Source of the DNA: a virus
Lineage: Duplodnaviria > Caudoviricetes
IMG/VR virus record: IMGVR_UViG_3300031162_001060
Location: 1,934 to 65,933 of that record
DNA: 64,000 nt
Direction: 5' to 3' (one strand)
Shown here piece by piece: positions 10,051 to 18,747 of the stretch. The notes under the pieces were generated by a model that saw only the letters and a program-made list of their open reading frames with translations, searched no databases and was not told the origin of the DNA. Numbering within the stretch: the first letter of the stretch is position 1; each line of letters begins with the position of its first letter. A program made the translations under genes and the position numbers.

Positions 10051-10541
10051 TCGTACTCCCAAATATCAATTATGTGTACGTATTCGCGATATGGGATTTC
10101 AAAATGTCTGATCTGTTTACCAAAAGTGTATGGCTGTATCCAGTCTTTTATTCCGGCAATCATTATGATCGTGTCGTAGCTTTTAGCCGACACTGAATGG
10201 ATTAAATTTGCCATAGCCGGATGATTGTACTGTTCGTAGAGCACCCCTGTGGCCGTGACCAGATCGTATTTACCGCTTATTTTTGTTACACGCTCCACGC
10301 CGTCCGGAAGTCGTGTCGCAGCTGTGTCGCTGATCTCGAAAGCGTGCTTTTCAATAGCGGGAAGGTCTTTAGTTATCCACCCCTCTCCAGCGCCAATATC
10401 CAGTGCTTTACTGAAGACTGGGCCTACGTCTTCTAGGACAGCCATGTAGAAGTTCTTTCGGTAAGTGTCTTCGGGGTCTTGCTGGTAGTTCCACGGGTCG
10501 CTGTCTGTGTACCAGTGTTCGAGTTCTTGCTTTGTCTGCAT
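10047..10541 (-). CDS. SAM-dependent methyltransferase (NodS-like)
   Basis: DPWNY N-terminus, ALDIGAGEG motif I, YDLVTATGVLY. Confidence 0.75.
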   Translation of the reverse strand: MQTKQELEHWYTDSDPWNYQQDPEDTYRKNFYMAVLEDVGPVFSKALDIGAGEGWITKDLPAIEKHAFEISDTAATRLPDGVERVTKISGKYDLVTATGVLYEQYNHPAMANLIHSVSAKSYDTIIMIAGIKDWIQPYTFGKQIRHFEIPYREYVHIIDIWEYE

Positions 10542-10547
10542 GCTGTT

Positions 10548-10576
10548 ATTGTACCCACTGTTCTGGTTTTAGTCAA
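10548..10576 (-). promoter_or_regulatory. Leaderless promoter of the MTase-deacetylase-dioxygenase-GT2 operon
   Basis: TTGACT-17-TACAAT-6-ATG. Confidence 0.7.
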
Positions 10577-10997
10577 AGAGGTCCCTCCCTATCGTGTGGT
10601 AGTTACCGCTACGCACGATAGACATAGGCGAACCCGTCTGTGTGATATAATCCCTGTTCACTGCATCGACCCCAAGCACCGCCTATTTTTTCAGCGATGC
10701 CCACTCTCTCTAGATATGGCTCTAGTAGCCCGTGTGCCGGAACTGCGTGGGCGTTTGCTTGTTCCGAATCTGCTTCTCAAGGCTTGATGTTCTGCGTGCA
10801 GTGTCTGGCGCATCGGTAGGTGCGTGGTTCCAGATTATCGTGCGATCCATATCGTTCCTCTTTGGAGCAGACGTGCCCTCTTTTTCTTAAGTGTTAGTAC
10901 CAGTTGCGTAACGAGTGTAACCCACCGGTCCTGTAGTGAACGTTTATGTCATCGGGGTTTCCCGGCGGTTTTGTCCAGATCGTCTCCTTGTTGGCTT
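10577..10997 (-). ncRNA. Candidate ~420-nt structured non-coding RNA
   Basis: Own promoter TTGACC-17-TAGGCT (11004-11032), several nested stems, 3' hairpin CTATCGTG/CACGATAG, only a 42-codon ORF inside. Confidence 0.4.
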
Positions 10998-11099
10998 GCG
11001 GGTAGCCTAGTGCTTTTCTGTCATATGGTCAAGTTCCGAGTTTTGCGGGGTTTACTTGACATCGCTTTGTTAATATAACTGCAATAAGGAAGGTGGTTC

Positions 11100-11336
11100 A
11101 TGTTTAAAGTAAATACTCCTAGCTGGTTTAGGTTTGCCCCATGCCGTGGCAAAGATCGTTTATATTTTTCGACTAAACGAGCGCAGCGTAAATTAGCGGC
11201 AAACACTTGCCGAACAGAGTGCGCTCATGTTGACAAATGCTTACAGTTTGCTTTAGATAATGAACTGCATATTGGGGTGTGGGGAGGAAAAACAGGTCCT
11301 GAGTTGGCAAGAATGGGAGAGGCGTATGCTAGATGA
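11100..11336 (+). CDS. whiB: WhiB-family transcriptional regulator
   Basis: C-x22-C-x3-C-x5-C cysteine pattern and GVWGG turn. Confidence 0.9.
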   Translation: MFKVNTPSWFRFAPCRGKDRLYFSTKRAQRKLAANTCRTECAHVDKCLQFALDNELHIGVWGGKTGPELARMGEAYAR

Positions 11337-11718
11337 TGCTAATTTAGCTAAAGATACGCTAGCCATTGTAGACCGAGCTGGGACACGAATACAATTTGTT
11401 GTGAGCGACCCTGACACATTAACGAGCGATACGTATGAAGTTCTAATGTGGGATGTGGATTACATGTTAATTGGCATGTCTAGCAAATATTTGGATAAAG
11501 AGTTTCATGCACAGGTGACGAGCAAGATAGCTGATGAGCTTGAAGGACTAGCCGATACTGATGAGGTTTCTGTTCCAGAGCATGTCAAAAACCGTTCGGT
11601 AACGTTGTTGAAGGGCCTATTAGAGCAAATTATCGATGATTTAATTATGGCTGAAGACATTCCAGAAGAAACCACAAACGTTGAACTTTTGATTTCTCGC
11701 CTGTTATCAGAGGATTGA
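11326..11718 (+). CDS. Hypothetical protein
   Basis: GGAGAGG RBS, overlaps the whiB stop. Confidence 0.65.
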   Translation: MLDDANLAKDTLAIVDRAGTRIQFVVSDPDTLTSDTYEVLMWDVDYMLIGMSSKYLDKEFHAQVTSKIADELEGLADTDEVSVPEHVKNRSVTLLKGLLEQIIDDLIMAEDIPEETTNVELLISRLLSED

Positions 11719-11779
11719 CTTTTCACCGATGTCGCTGTAGAATAGGCACATATTACTATTTACTATGAAAGGCTAATGG

Positions 11780-12280
11780 ATGGTTACGGATCATATCCAT
11801 GAGGCGTACGCTATGCTGCGACAGTTTGAGTCTGTATTGATGGAGTTGGATCAAGAGACTTTAGAGTCCACAGACCCACAGTTATTGTTGCAGGCAGCGA
11901 GCGATCTCCATTTAGTAAAGTCTTATACAACTACGTTGTTTAATGAAATGCAAAGTATTCTGACAGAGCACTTAGGCGCTTTGGCGAGTCCTGTGACTGT
12001 TGATGGTGCTACAGTTGAGATTAAGTCTGGGTCTCCACGGAAGTCTTGGGACCACGATGCTTTGATTGACGAAGTTAGTCGCCGTATTGTTGATAAAAGC
12101 GTTGACCTTAACACAGGTGAAATTCTGGCGTCTCCGCATGACATGATTCGTCAAGCTATGGAGTATGTTGGGGTTTCCTACTGGAAGGTGACGAATCTAA
12201 AGAATCTGCATATTGATGCAGACGATTATTGTGAAGTCGGAGAACCGAAAAAGAATCTAGTTATTAGGAGAGATAAGTGA
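11780..12280 (+). CDS. Hypothetical phage protein (recombination operon)
   Basis: Promoter TTGACT-17-TAGAAT (11715-11743); RKSWDH...DLNTGE...WKV..L...IDADDYCE motif. Confidence 0.7.
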   Translation: MVTDHIHEAYAMLRQFESVLMELDQETLESTDPQLLLQAASDLHLVKSYTTTLFNEMQSILTEHLGALASPVTVDGATVEIKSGSPRKSWDHDALIDEVSRRIVDKSVDLNTGEILASPHDMIRQAMEYVGVSYWKVTNLKNLHIDADDYCEVGEPKKNLVIRRDK

Positions 12281-12921
12281 GTATTTTACAAAGCCTGTCA
12301 GAACCATTTCCAAGTGAAGTTGAGCGTGAACTTACAAAGGGAAGCGCACGTCTAACTTACATTCCAGTTAGTGAAGTTATTACACGACTAAACAAGGTTC
12401 TTGGTGTAGACATGTGGTCGTATGAAATCATCAACTGCGGGAGGGATTCACTTGACCCTGATTATGTGGTAGCTCAGGTTCGCTTGACTGTCACGTTTGT
12501 ACCTACGGACACTGCGCCGAACATCACGATTACTCGTGACGGTATTGGCGGTCAAAAAATTAAGCGCACACGTAATGGCGACATTGTCGATTTGGGCGAT
12601 GAAATGAAGGGTGCTGTGTCGGATGCTTTGAAAAAGGCGGCACAAAGCCTAGGGGTTGGTATCTATTTAGCTCGCTCTGAAGAATCGTTGTACTTGGAGC
12701 ATGCGGAAGAAATTGCAGACCAGCCTGTTTCTCAAGAACACTTTGAAAAGCTTAGAGAAATACTGAACTCTTTGGATCAAGAAACTGCTGCAAAGTGTAA
12801 GTCGTACTGGTCAACGATTTCTGATAACAAAGAGTTTGCTAATCAGAACGTGACAGCAGACTTGCTTCAGAAGGTGCTGGCATATGTAAAGACGCATCGT
12901 TCTGCTGAAGCTGCAGCGTAA
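12277..12921 (+). CDS. Rad52/Sak-like single-strand annealing protein
   Basis: LTYIP...VITRLNKVLG..W...KGAVSDALKKAA..LGVGIYL. Confidence 0.85.
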   Translation: MSILQSLSEPFPSEVERELTKGSARLTYIPVSEVITRLNKVLGVDMWSYEIINCGRDSLDPDYVVAQVRLTVTFVPTDTAPNITITRDGIGGQKIKRTRNGDIVDLGDEMKGAVSDALKKAAQSLGVGIYLARSEESLYLEHAEEIADQPVSQEHFEKLREILNSLDQETAAKCKSYWSTISDNKEFANQNVTADLLQKVLAYVKTHRSAEAAA

Positions 12922-13706
12922 TGCAGGATTCACTACCTATTGAACCAATACCATATGGTATTCCGGCTTATATGTCTCCTAGTTCTATTGGAACATTTCA
13001 GCAGTGCCCCCTCAAGTATAAGTACGCCAAGCTAGATCGCCTACCTGAGCCTTCTACGGAGCCACAAGTATTAGGGTCGTTTGTGCATGAAGTTTTAGAA
13101 GAGTTATTTAAGCTGGACGCTGTTGAGCGTACTGAAACAAATGCCAGATCATTAGCTAAGTCGCTGTGGGAATCCAAATGGGCTGAAGAGTTTTTTGCTT
13201 TAACAACGAGAGACGATCCCAACAACTTTCGTTGGAAGGCTTGGTGGTGTATTGAAAACTATTTCAAAATGGAAGACCCTACTAGCTTTGAAGCTGCTGG
13301 TATTGAAGCAAAGATGAACGGCGATATTGATGGTGTTCCTATTTTTGGCATTATTGATCGTTGGACGTTAGAGAATGACAAGCTAGTAATTTCTGATTAT
13401 AAGACAGGCAAAAAGCCGCGCCCGCAGTATGAGTGGGAAAAGAAGATGCAGATTGTCATATACAGCTTACTGCTGAAGGCTATGACTGAGCGTGAAGTTG
13501 AAAGAGCAGAGTTATTGTATGTGAAGTCGGGGCAGTTTGCTCGTTATGATGTGACTGAAGATTTAGAAAACTCTGTGCGCCTAGAGGTTTCTGGCACTTG
13601 GGAAGAGCTAAAGGCTAGTTGCGAGTCAGGCATGTTTGAGACACGCACCGGCCCTCTATGCAACTGGTGTTCTTATCAACCTATTTGCCCTGCATGGAAG
13701 AAGTAA
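12921..13706 (+). CDS. PD-(D/E)XK RecB/Cas4-like exonuclease with Fe-S cysteines
   Basis: SPSS..FQQCP, GSFVH, GIIDR, DYKTG, Q..IY, CNWCSYQPICP. Confidence 0.85.
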   Translation: MQDSLPIEPIPYGIPAYMSPSSIGTFQQCPLKYKYAKLDRLPEPSTEPQVLGSFVHEVLEELFKLDAVERTETNARSLAKSLWESKWAEEFFALTTRDDPNNFRWKAWWCIENYFKMEDPTSFEAAGIEAKMNGDIDGVPIFGIIDRWTLENDKLVISDYKTGKKPRPQYEWEKKMQIVIYSLLLKAMTEREVERAELLYVKSGQFARYDVTEDLENSVRLEVSGTWEELKASCESGMFETRTGPLCNWCSYQPICPAWKK

Positions 13707-13710
13707 CAAC

Positions 13711-14166
13711 ATGGAGCATATAGATTTTGCTTTGCTGGTTTCTGAAGACGTTAAAAACAAGCTAGATCAGAAATCAAAAGACTTTTTACGTCTTGAAGAA
13801 AATCGTGAAGAATGGCGTAAGTGCATAATAGCTATTATTTCCACGGTTACAGAGAAAATTAATCAGCTTAGTGCAGAAGTACGTGCATTGCGCTCGGAGT
13901 ATACTGGATTTATTATTGATCCCGCTGAAGCGTTAGAGGCTAAACTAGATAAGGCTAAACGATTTAGGTTTCATGCCGAAAAGCGGCTAATAGAAATAGA
14001 TCGTTTGACTATGCTTGGCCAAGAAGCCGATCCGTCGCTGTCTTTGGCGACGTTTTTACGTGATGCTATTGAAGCGCATAAACAGTGGCATATAGATAAT
14101 GACTTAGTGCCCTCTGAGGGGGACGATAGTTTGTATGCTGCGTTAGACGGTGTTTGGGGGTTTTAG
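13711..14166 (+). CDS. Hypothetical helical protein
   Basis: Operon-coupled ORF. Confidence 0.65.
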   Translation: MEHIDFALLVSEDVKNKLDQKSKDFLRLEENREEWRKCIIAIISTVTEKINQLSAEVRALRSEYTGFIIDPAEALEAKLDKAKRFRFHAEKRLIEIDRLTMLGQEADPSLSLATFLRDAIEAHKQWHIDNDLVPSEGDDSLYAALDGVWGF

Positions 14167-15263
14167 TGAAGATCGGGTTTGCTACGAATGACTGGTCTCA
14201 TACAGCTAAGGATGTTTTGGGCTACCCAATTATTGGAGGCTCAGGGTACATCCGTGTCGGCCAGTACATTAAACCGCTGCGGGATGCTGGGTATGATGTA
14301 GCAATTGGTATTTTAGCTCATAATCCCAAGACGGGATGTTTTGGTATTCACTCGTGGGATGGGAACACTACATTTGACTGTGATGTTATCGTTATGCAGC
14401 GTTACATGCACATGGAGGTTTTACCGGATATTAAAAAGGCTCAATCAGCTGGCCAGATTGTGCTACAAGACGTAGACGATTGGTATTGGGGGTTGAGTGC
14501 TAAGAATCAAGCTAAAAAAGCCTCTGATCCTAGTTTAAATAAAATAGAAAATACAGTTTGGTACAAAAATATTATTCAACAGTCTGATGGAATTATTACG
14601 TCTACTCCTTTTTTGACGGAAAAAATTAGTAAATGGAATGAAAATTGTTTGATGAACGGTAATTATGTTACATTAAACAAATTTCGAGAGCATCGCGTAC
14701 ATACAAATATATACGAGAAGTACAGTTTAGGCTGGATTGGCTCTACTGCACATCGCAGTGGCGACCTAGAGATGTTAAAACCGCATGCTATGAAAATTGC
14801 CGAATTTGCTAATTGGCATCATACGGGACACACGCCAAATAACTTCCACCCTAATTTTTATAGCGAGATTGGTGTGGGGAAGTCGATGGTTACAACCCAT
14901 CCCTTTGTTGCTCCTCACGTATTGATAGATGGTATGAATTTTGATGTAGGGGTTGTCCCTTTAACAAACATTCCGTTTAATCACGCAAAGTCGTATATTA
15001 AAGGCTTAGAGTATGCGGCGGCGTGCATACCTTTTGTAGCTTCATGGTCGCCTCAATACGAAAAGTTAGTAGAGGAGCACGGTATTGGTGAGCTAGCCAA
15101 GTCTCCAAAAGACTATGTGCAAAAGCTTAAAAAGTATCAAGATGTTAATTATCGTCAAGAAATGTCTGATTCTAATAGAAAGCGTGTTAAAAGGTTTGAT
15201 ATTCAGCATGGAATGTCAAACTTGTTGTTAACCATTAAATCATTAGTAAAAGGAGCGAAATGA
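14166..15263 (+). CDS. Glycosyltransferase (GT-B fold, GT4-like)
   Basis: VMQR, DVDD, GWIGS, PL...FN..KS.IKGLEYAAA..PFVAS. Confidence 0.8.
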   Translation: MKIGFATNDWSHTAKDVLGYPIIGGSGYIRVGQYIKPLRDAGYDVAIGILAHNPKTGCFGIHSWDGNTTFDCDVIVMQRYMHMEVLPDIKKAQSAGQIVLQDVDDWYWGLSAKNQAKKASDPSLNKIENTVWYKNIIQQSDGIITSTPFLTEKISKWNENCLMNGNYVTLNKFREHRVHTNIYEKYSLGWIGSTAHRSGDLEMLKPHAMKIAEFANWHHTGHTPNNFHPNFYSEIGVGKSMVTTHPFVAPHVLIDGMNFDVGVVPLTNIPFNHAKSYIKGLEYAAACIPFVASWSPQYEKLVEEHGIGELAKSPKDYVQKLKKYQDVNYRQEMSDSNRKRVKRFDIQHGMSNLLLTIKSLVKGAK

Positions 15264-15736
15264 AGAGAAGAAAACCAATGAAGCGCACTCCTTTAAAGAA
15301 AGGGTCTAATAATCTTAAACGCTCTCACCTTAAAAAAAGATCTGATAAAATGTCTGCTCAGTACGTTGAGCGCCGAGAAATTGTTGGGCGCTTGTTGAAA
15401 GAGCGCCCATACTGTGAAGCGTGTATGGTGTGGGGAGGGTATGACGCCGTTAACGGTTTGTTAGAGTCGCTAGTCGTGCACCAGCAGATGTCTAAAGATA
15501 TCCACGAGTTAGTGAATCGCTCGCAGGGGGGAAGTATATTAGAAGAACAGAATTTGCTGGCTGTCTGTCGGCAATGCCACAGTAGAATCACTAGAGAGCC
15601 TACAACGGCAGAAACTATAGGACTTCATCTTGAAAGCTGGTGTAACCATCCACCTTATTATGTAGAAGCAGAAAGGTTAAGGCGTGACTGGAAAAACGGA
15701 ATTACTACAGAGCCTTATTGGCGAGACAACTACTGA
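15260..15736 (+). CDS. HNH endonuclease-like protein
   Basis: Basic KRTPLKK N-terminus, CEAC...DIHE..RSQGG...NL..VCRQCH. Confidence 0.75.
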   Translation: MKRRKPMKRTPLKKGSNNLKRSHLKKRSDKMSAQYVERREIVGRLLKERPYCEACMVWGGYDAVNGLLESLVVHQQMSKDIHELVNRSQGGSILEEQNLLAVCRQCHSRITREPTTAETIGLHLESWCNHPPYYVEAERLRRDWKNGITTEPYWRDNY

Positions 15737-16583
15737 ATATCCTGACTTACTAGATGAGATTAACTCTCTGTCTGGAGGGTTTTCTGATGAACATCTGCCT
15801 TTGTTGGATAGAGAGGAAGTTGATGAGACTTATTTGTCCGAATATCAAAAGACGTGGCGCAGAGACGGTGTAGTTATTTTAGAGTCGTTTATGCCTGAGA
15901 ATCTAATTCAAGCTTACCGCCGTGACTGGATCCAGCATAATAGAATTAATCATGATCGCCCTATGGGATACCCCGGCGAATGCGCTTACTTTAAAGTAAG
16001 CAGCTTGATGGATATTGCCACGTATGGTCCACTTCATGATTTAATGTCTCATTTGATAGGGGACCAGATGGCTGTGCATCTTAACTTGACTGGGTGGAAA
16101 TCTACACAACGGAATTGGCATCAAGATGGATATTTAAATCCTGACACAAACGCTGATCATTACTTAGCCGTGTGGGTCGCTTTAGACGATGTTGATCCGG
16201 ATTCTGGCCCTTTTGAGTATGTGAAGGGAAGTCATGTGTTGCCTACGATTACTCAGGATGCTACTAAAGCTAGGTTGGCGGCGTCCGACAGGGACAGTCC
16301 TATGTGGCCAAAATATTCAGAGGAGTTTCTTACACCAATGTTTGAAGATATTTTGGCTCGGGGCAATCTTACTACGGATAAGTTTATTGCGAAAAAGGGC
16401 GACGTTTTACTGTGGCACGCCCGGTTAATGCACCGTGGTTCCGTTCCAAACAATCCTGATTTGTGGAGGGAGTCAGTTATTTTGCATTATTCTGGAGTGA
16501 ATCATCGCCCAGATATGATTTCGGCAGTTCAACACAATAATGGCGCTTGGTTTTTTCCAATTGATCAACCGATCTCGTTGTAA
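15684..16583 (+). CDS. PhyH-family Fe(II)/2-oxoglutarate dioxygenase
   Basis: WHQD, VWVALDDVDPDSGPFEYVKGSH, KGDVLLWH..LMHRGS. Confidence 0.85.
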   Translation: MTGKTELLQSLIGETTTEYPDLLDEINSLSGGFSDEHLPLLDREEVDETYLSEYQKTWRRDGVVILESFMPENLIQAYRRDWIQHNRINHDRPMGYPGECAYFKVSSLMDIATYGPLHDLMSHLIGDQMAVHLNLTGWKSTQRNWHQDGYLNPDTNADHYLAVWVALDDVDPDSGPFEYVKGSHVLPTITQDATKARLAASDRDSPMWPKYSEEFLTPMFEDILARGNLTTDKFIAKKGDVLLWHARLMHRGSVPNNPDLWRESVILHYSGVNHRPDMISAVQHNNGAWFFPIDQPISL

Positions 16584-16586
16584 GTT

Positions 16587-16967
16587 ATGGCTGCGTCCTA
16601 CGGTAAATCTGCTAAAGCGAAAGCGACCCGATTACATAGTTTGTTAGTCCGATCTAGAGACTGTTTTACTTGTAGGTGGTGTGGGGCTAAACGAGACGAT
16701 GGCAAGCAGGTTCAGTGTGCACATATTATTTCTCGGTCGGTTTCTGCCACGAGAACAGATGAGCGAAATGCTGTAGCGTTGTGTGCTAGCTGCCATTGGA
16801 AACAGTCTAAAAATCCATTGGTATGGGCGCGGTGGTTGGAAGCGGAGTTAGGCAGAGAACATCTTGACGATTTATTACAGCGGGGCGTTCCGGGGGTTAA
16901 GGTTGATTGGGAAGCTGAAGTTGAGCGGTTAACAGCCGCTATTGACGCTTTAAATAAAAGAGGATAG
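16587..16967 (+). CDS. NinG/HNH-like nuclease
   Basis: RDCFTCRWCG...QCAHIISR...TR.DERNA..LCASCH. Confidence 0.75.
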   Translation: MAASYGKSAKAKATRLHSLLVRSRDCFTCRWCGAKRDDGKQVQCAHIISRSVSATRTDERNAVALCASCHWKQSKNPLVWARWLEAELGREHLDDLLQRGVPGVKVDWEAEVERLTAAIDALNKRG

Positions 16968-16976
16968 AATACAGCT

Positions 16977-17327
16977 ATGCAGCAAGTAAGAAATAAGCCG
17001 ATTAGTCAAATTGAAGTAGAGAGCGAGTTGGTTCGCTTAATTTCTGAGATTGAACAAGAGACTGAAGAGTTTGAAATTCTTTCTAAAGATTATGCTGTTA
17101 AAGAATCTGAATATAAGAAAGCTTGGTATAAAGAGTACTTGGCTGCTGATGGCGCTGTGAAGCAGAAAGAAAGCTGGGCTGGGTACAAGACAAGCGATTT
17201 GCATTATGAGGCTATGATTGCTGAGGCTTTGTTAAAAGCCAAGCGAGAGCGTCTTCATTCGCTACGAACTGCATGTGATGCTTTACGCACGATTGCGGCA
17301 AACGTAAGATCACAAGTCAAGTTTTAG
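16977..17327 (+). CDS. Hypothetical coiled-coil phage protein
   Basis: TAGAAT-6-ATG leaderless start; helical composition. Confidence 0.65.
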   Translation: MQQVRNKPISQIEVESELVRLISEIEQETEEFEILSKDYAVKESEYKKAWYKEYLAADGAVKQKESWAGYKTSDLHYEAMIAEALLKAKRERLHSLRTACDALRTIAANVRSQVKF

Positions 17328-17337
17328 GAGAACTGTT

Positions 17338-17961
17338 ATGGAAAAGCAGCTACTTAATGTGGGGTGCGGTACTCACTACATAGACGGATGGGTTAACACG
17401 GACGTGTGGCAGGATCATTCTACTACGCCTGATGTTTTGGTAAAGATGGATGAGCCATATCCGTTTGATGATGATACGTTTGATGCGATCTATCTGGGCC
17501 ATGTTTTGGAGCATATTGCGTGGCCTAGGCTTGGTGTCTTTTTAACGGACATGGTTCGTATTGCTAAGCCGGGTGCTCCTGTTCTTGCGGTTGGGCCTGA
17601 TGTCCATAAGTGCATTAAGCGGTGGGCAAATAAACTAGAGCCTTGGGATATGGTGGTCTCCACCATGGAGCATCAAGACGTAGACTCGCAAATCTATCAC
17701 ATGTCTGACGACGGTAAGTATCTTACTAAGACTCCGCCGGAGTGGTGGGATGGTGCAGCGCATCATTGGAATTGCTATGAAGAGCGTTTAGAGCTAGTCA
17801 TGAACACACATTTTGATAATGTGAAGGTTTACTCTCCCTACATTGAGCGGGATCTTCCAGGCAACCGCCAAGATTGGTATGACTCCCGAACAAACATGCG
17901 TTGGCCTACCGTAGGGTACTGGTGGTGGCAGTGTGCAGTTATGGGGTATGCGCCGTCGTGA
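17338..17961 (+). CDS. Class I SAM-dependent methyltransferase (type 11-like)
   Basis: LNVGCG, GWVNTD, PFDDDTFDAIY..HVLEH, RIAKPG. Confidence 0.85.
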   Translation: MEKQLLNVGCGTHYIDGWVNTDVWQDHSTTPDVLVKMDEPYPFDDDTFDAIYLGHVLEHIAWPRLGVFLTDMVRIAKPGAPVLAVGPDVHKCIKRWANKLEPWDMVVSTMEHQDVDSQIYHMSDDGKYLTKTPPEWWDGAAHHWNCYEERLELVMNTHFDNVKVYSPYIERDLPGNRQDWYDSRTNMRWPTVGYWWWQCAVMGYAPS

Positions 17962-18743
17962 TACACAACATTACATCTAATCTTGCAGCTTTAGCGGTAG
18001 ATATCGACATGCTTGTCCCGCTAGAAACCAACGCCCGCAAAGGGGATGTTGGGGCTATCATGGCGTCTTATAGTAAGTTTGGGCAGCTTAAGCCTATCGT
18101 TGCTGTAATGAATGACGATGAAACCTGTACAGTCATTGCGGGCAACCATCAGTTAGAGGCGGCCAAGCAGTTAGGTTGGCAGCAGATTGCTGTAGCGATT
18201 GTAGACTTAGATTCAGAAGAAGCGTTAGCTTTCTCTTTAGCAGATAATCGAATTTCTGACTTGGGAGACACTGACGAATCTATTTTGTTAGACATTCTTT
18301 CCCAAAATGTGTCGCTAGATGAAGATTTTTATAGCTCGTTAGGCTGGGATGACTTTTCTATAGCTTCAATTGAAAACGCTGTTTACTCGGCAGATATTGC
18401 ACGCTCCCCAAATGATGGTTGGGTTGCACCGACTATTTCAATGGATCGTGTACCTGAACAAAATAATGTTCCGGCGTATGTGGCAGATAGTAAAGATGAG
18501 GATCCAACAATCAAGTTAGATCCGAAGGAAGTTGCCACTGAGTCAATTGTGACACAAGGCAGCACTGCTGTGAATGCGTCCGGATCGCGTAATGTTACTA
18601 TTCAGTATACGCTGGTGTTTGAAAACACCTCCCAGCAGGCGGAATGGTACGGGATTATACAGAAGCTGCGTGCAAGCCCTGTTTACGAGGGGGCTACAAC
18701 TACGGAACTTTTGTTCGATTTTATTCGCCAGCATTTGGACTGA
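17958..18743 (+). CDS. ParB/Srx N-terminal domain protein
   Basis: NAR...FGQLKPIV...VIAGNH.LEAAKQLGW...LADNR; GTGA overlap with the upstream stop. Confidence 0.85.
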   Translation: MIHNITSNLAALAVDIDMLVPLETNARKGDVGAIMASYSKFGQLKPIVAVMNDDETCTVIAGNHQLEAAKQLGWQQIAVAIVDLDSEEALAFSLADNRISDLGDTDESILLDILSQNVSLDEDFYSSLGWDDFSIASIENAVYSADIARSPNDGWVAPTISMDRVPEQNNVPAYVADSKDEDPTIKLDPKEVATESIVTQGSTAVNASGSRNVTIQYTLVFENTSQQAEWYGIIQKLRASPVYEGATTTELLFDFIRQHLD

Positions 18744-18747
18744 CTTG

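Noticed and set aside
10577-10997. tmRNA, RNase P RNA or group I/II intron
   Set aside because: No tRNA-like GGGG...CCA ends, no GAGGAAAGUCC motif, no interrupted gene on either side
10479-11078. Plus-strand ORFs 10479-10787 and 10824-11078 as genes
   Set aside because: Weak starts, no RBS, atypical composition; promoter signals point to minus-strand transcription
12921-13706. Cas4 of a CRISPR-Cas system
   Set aside because: No repeat-spacer array or other cas genes; context next to a Rad52-like SSAP indicates a phage recombination exonuclease
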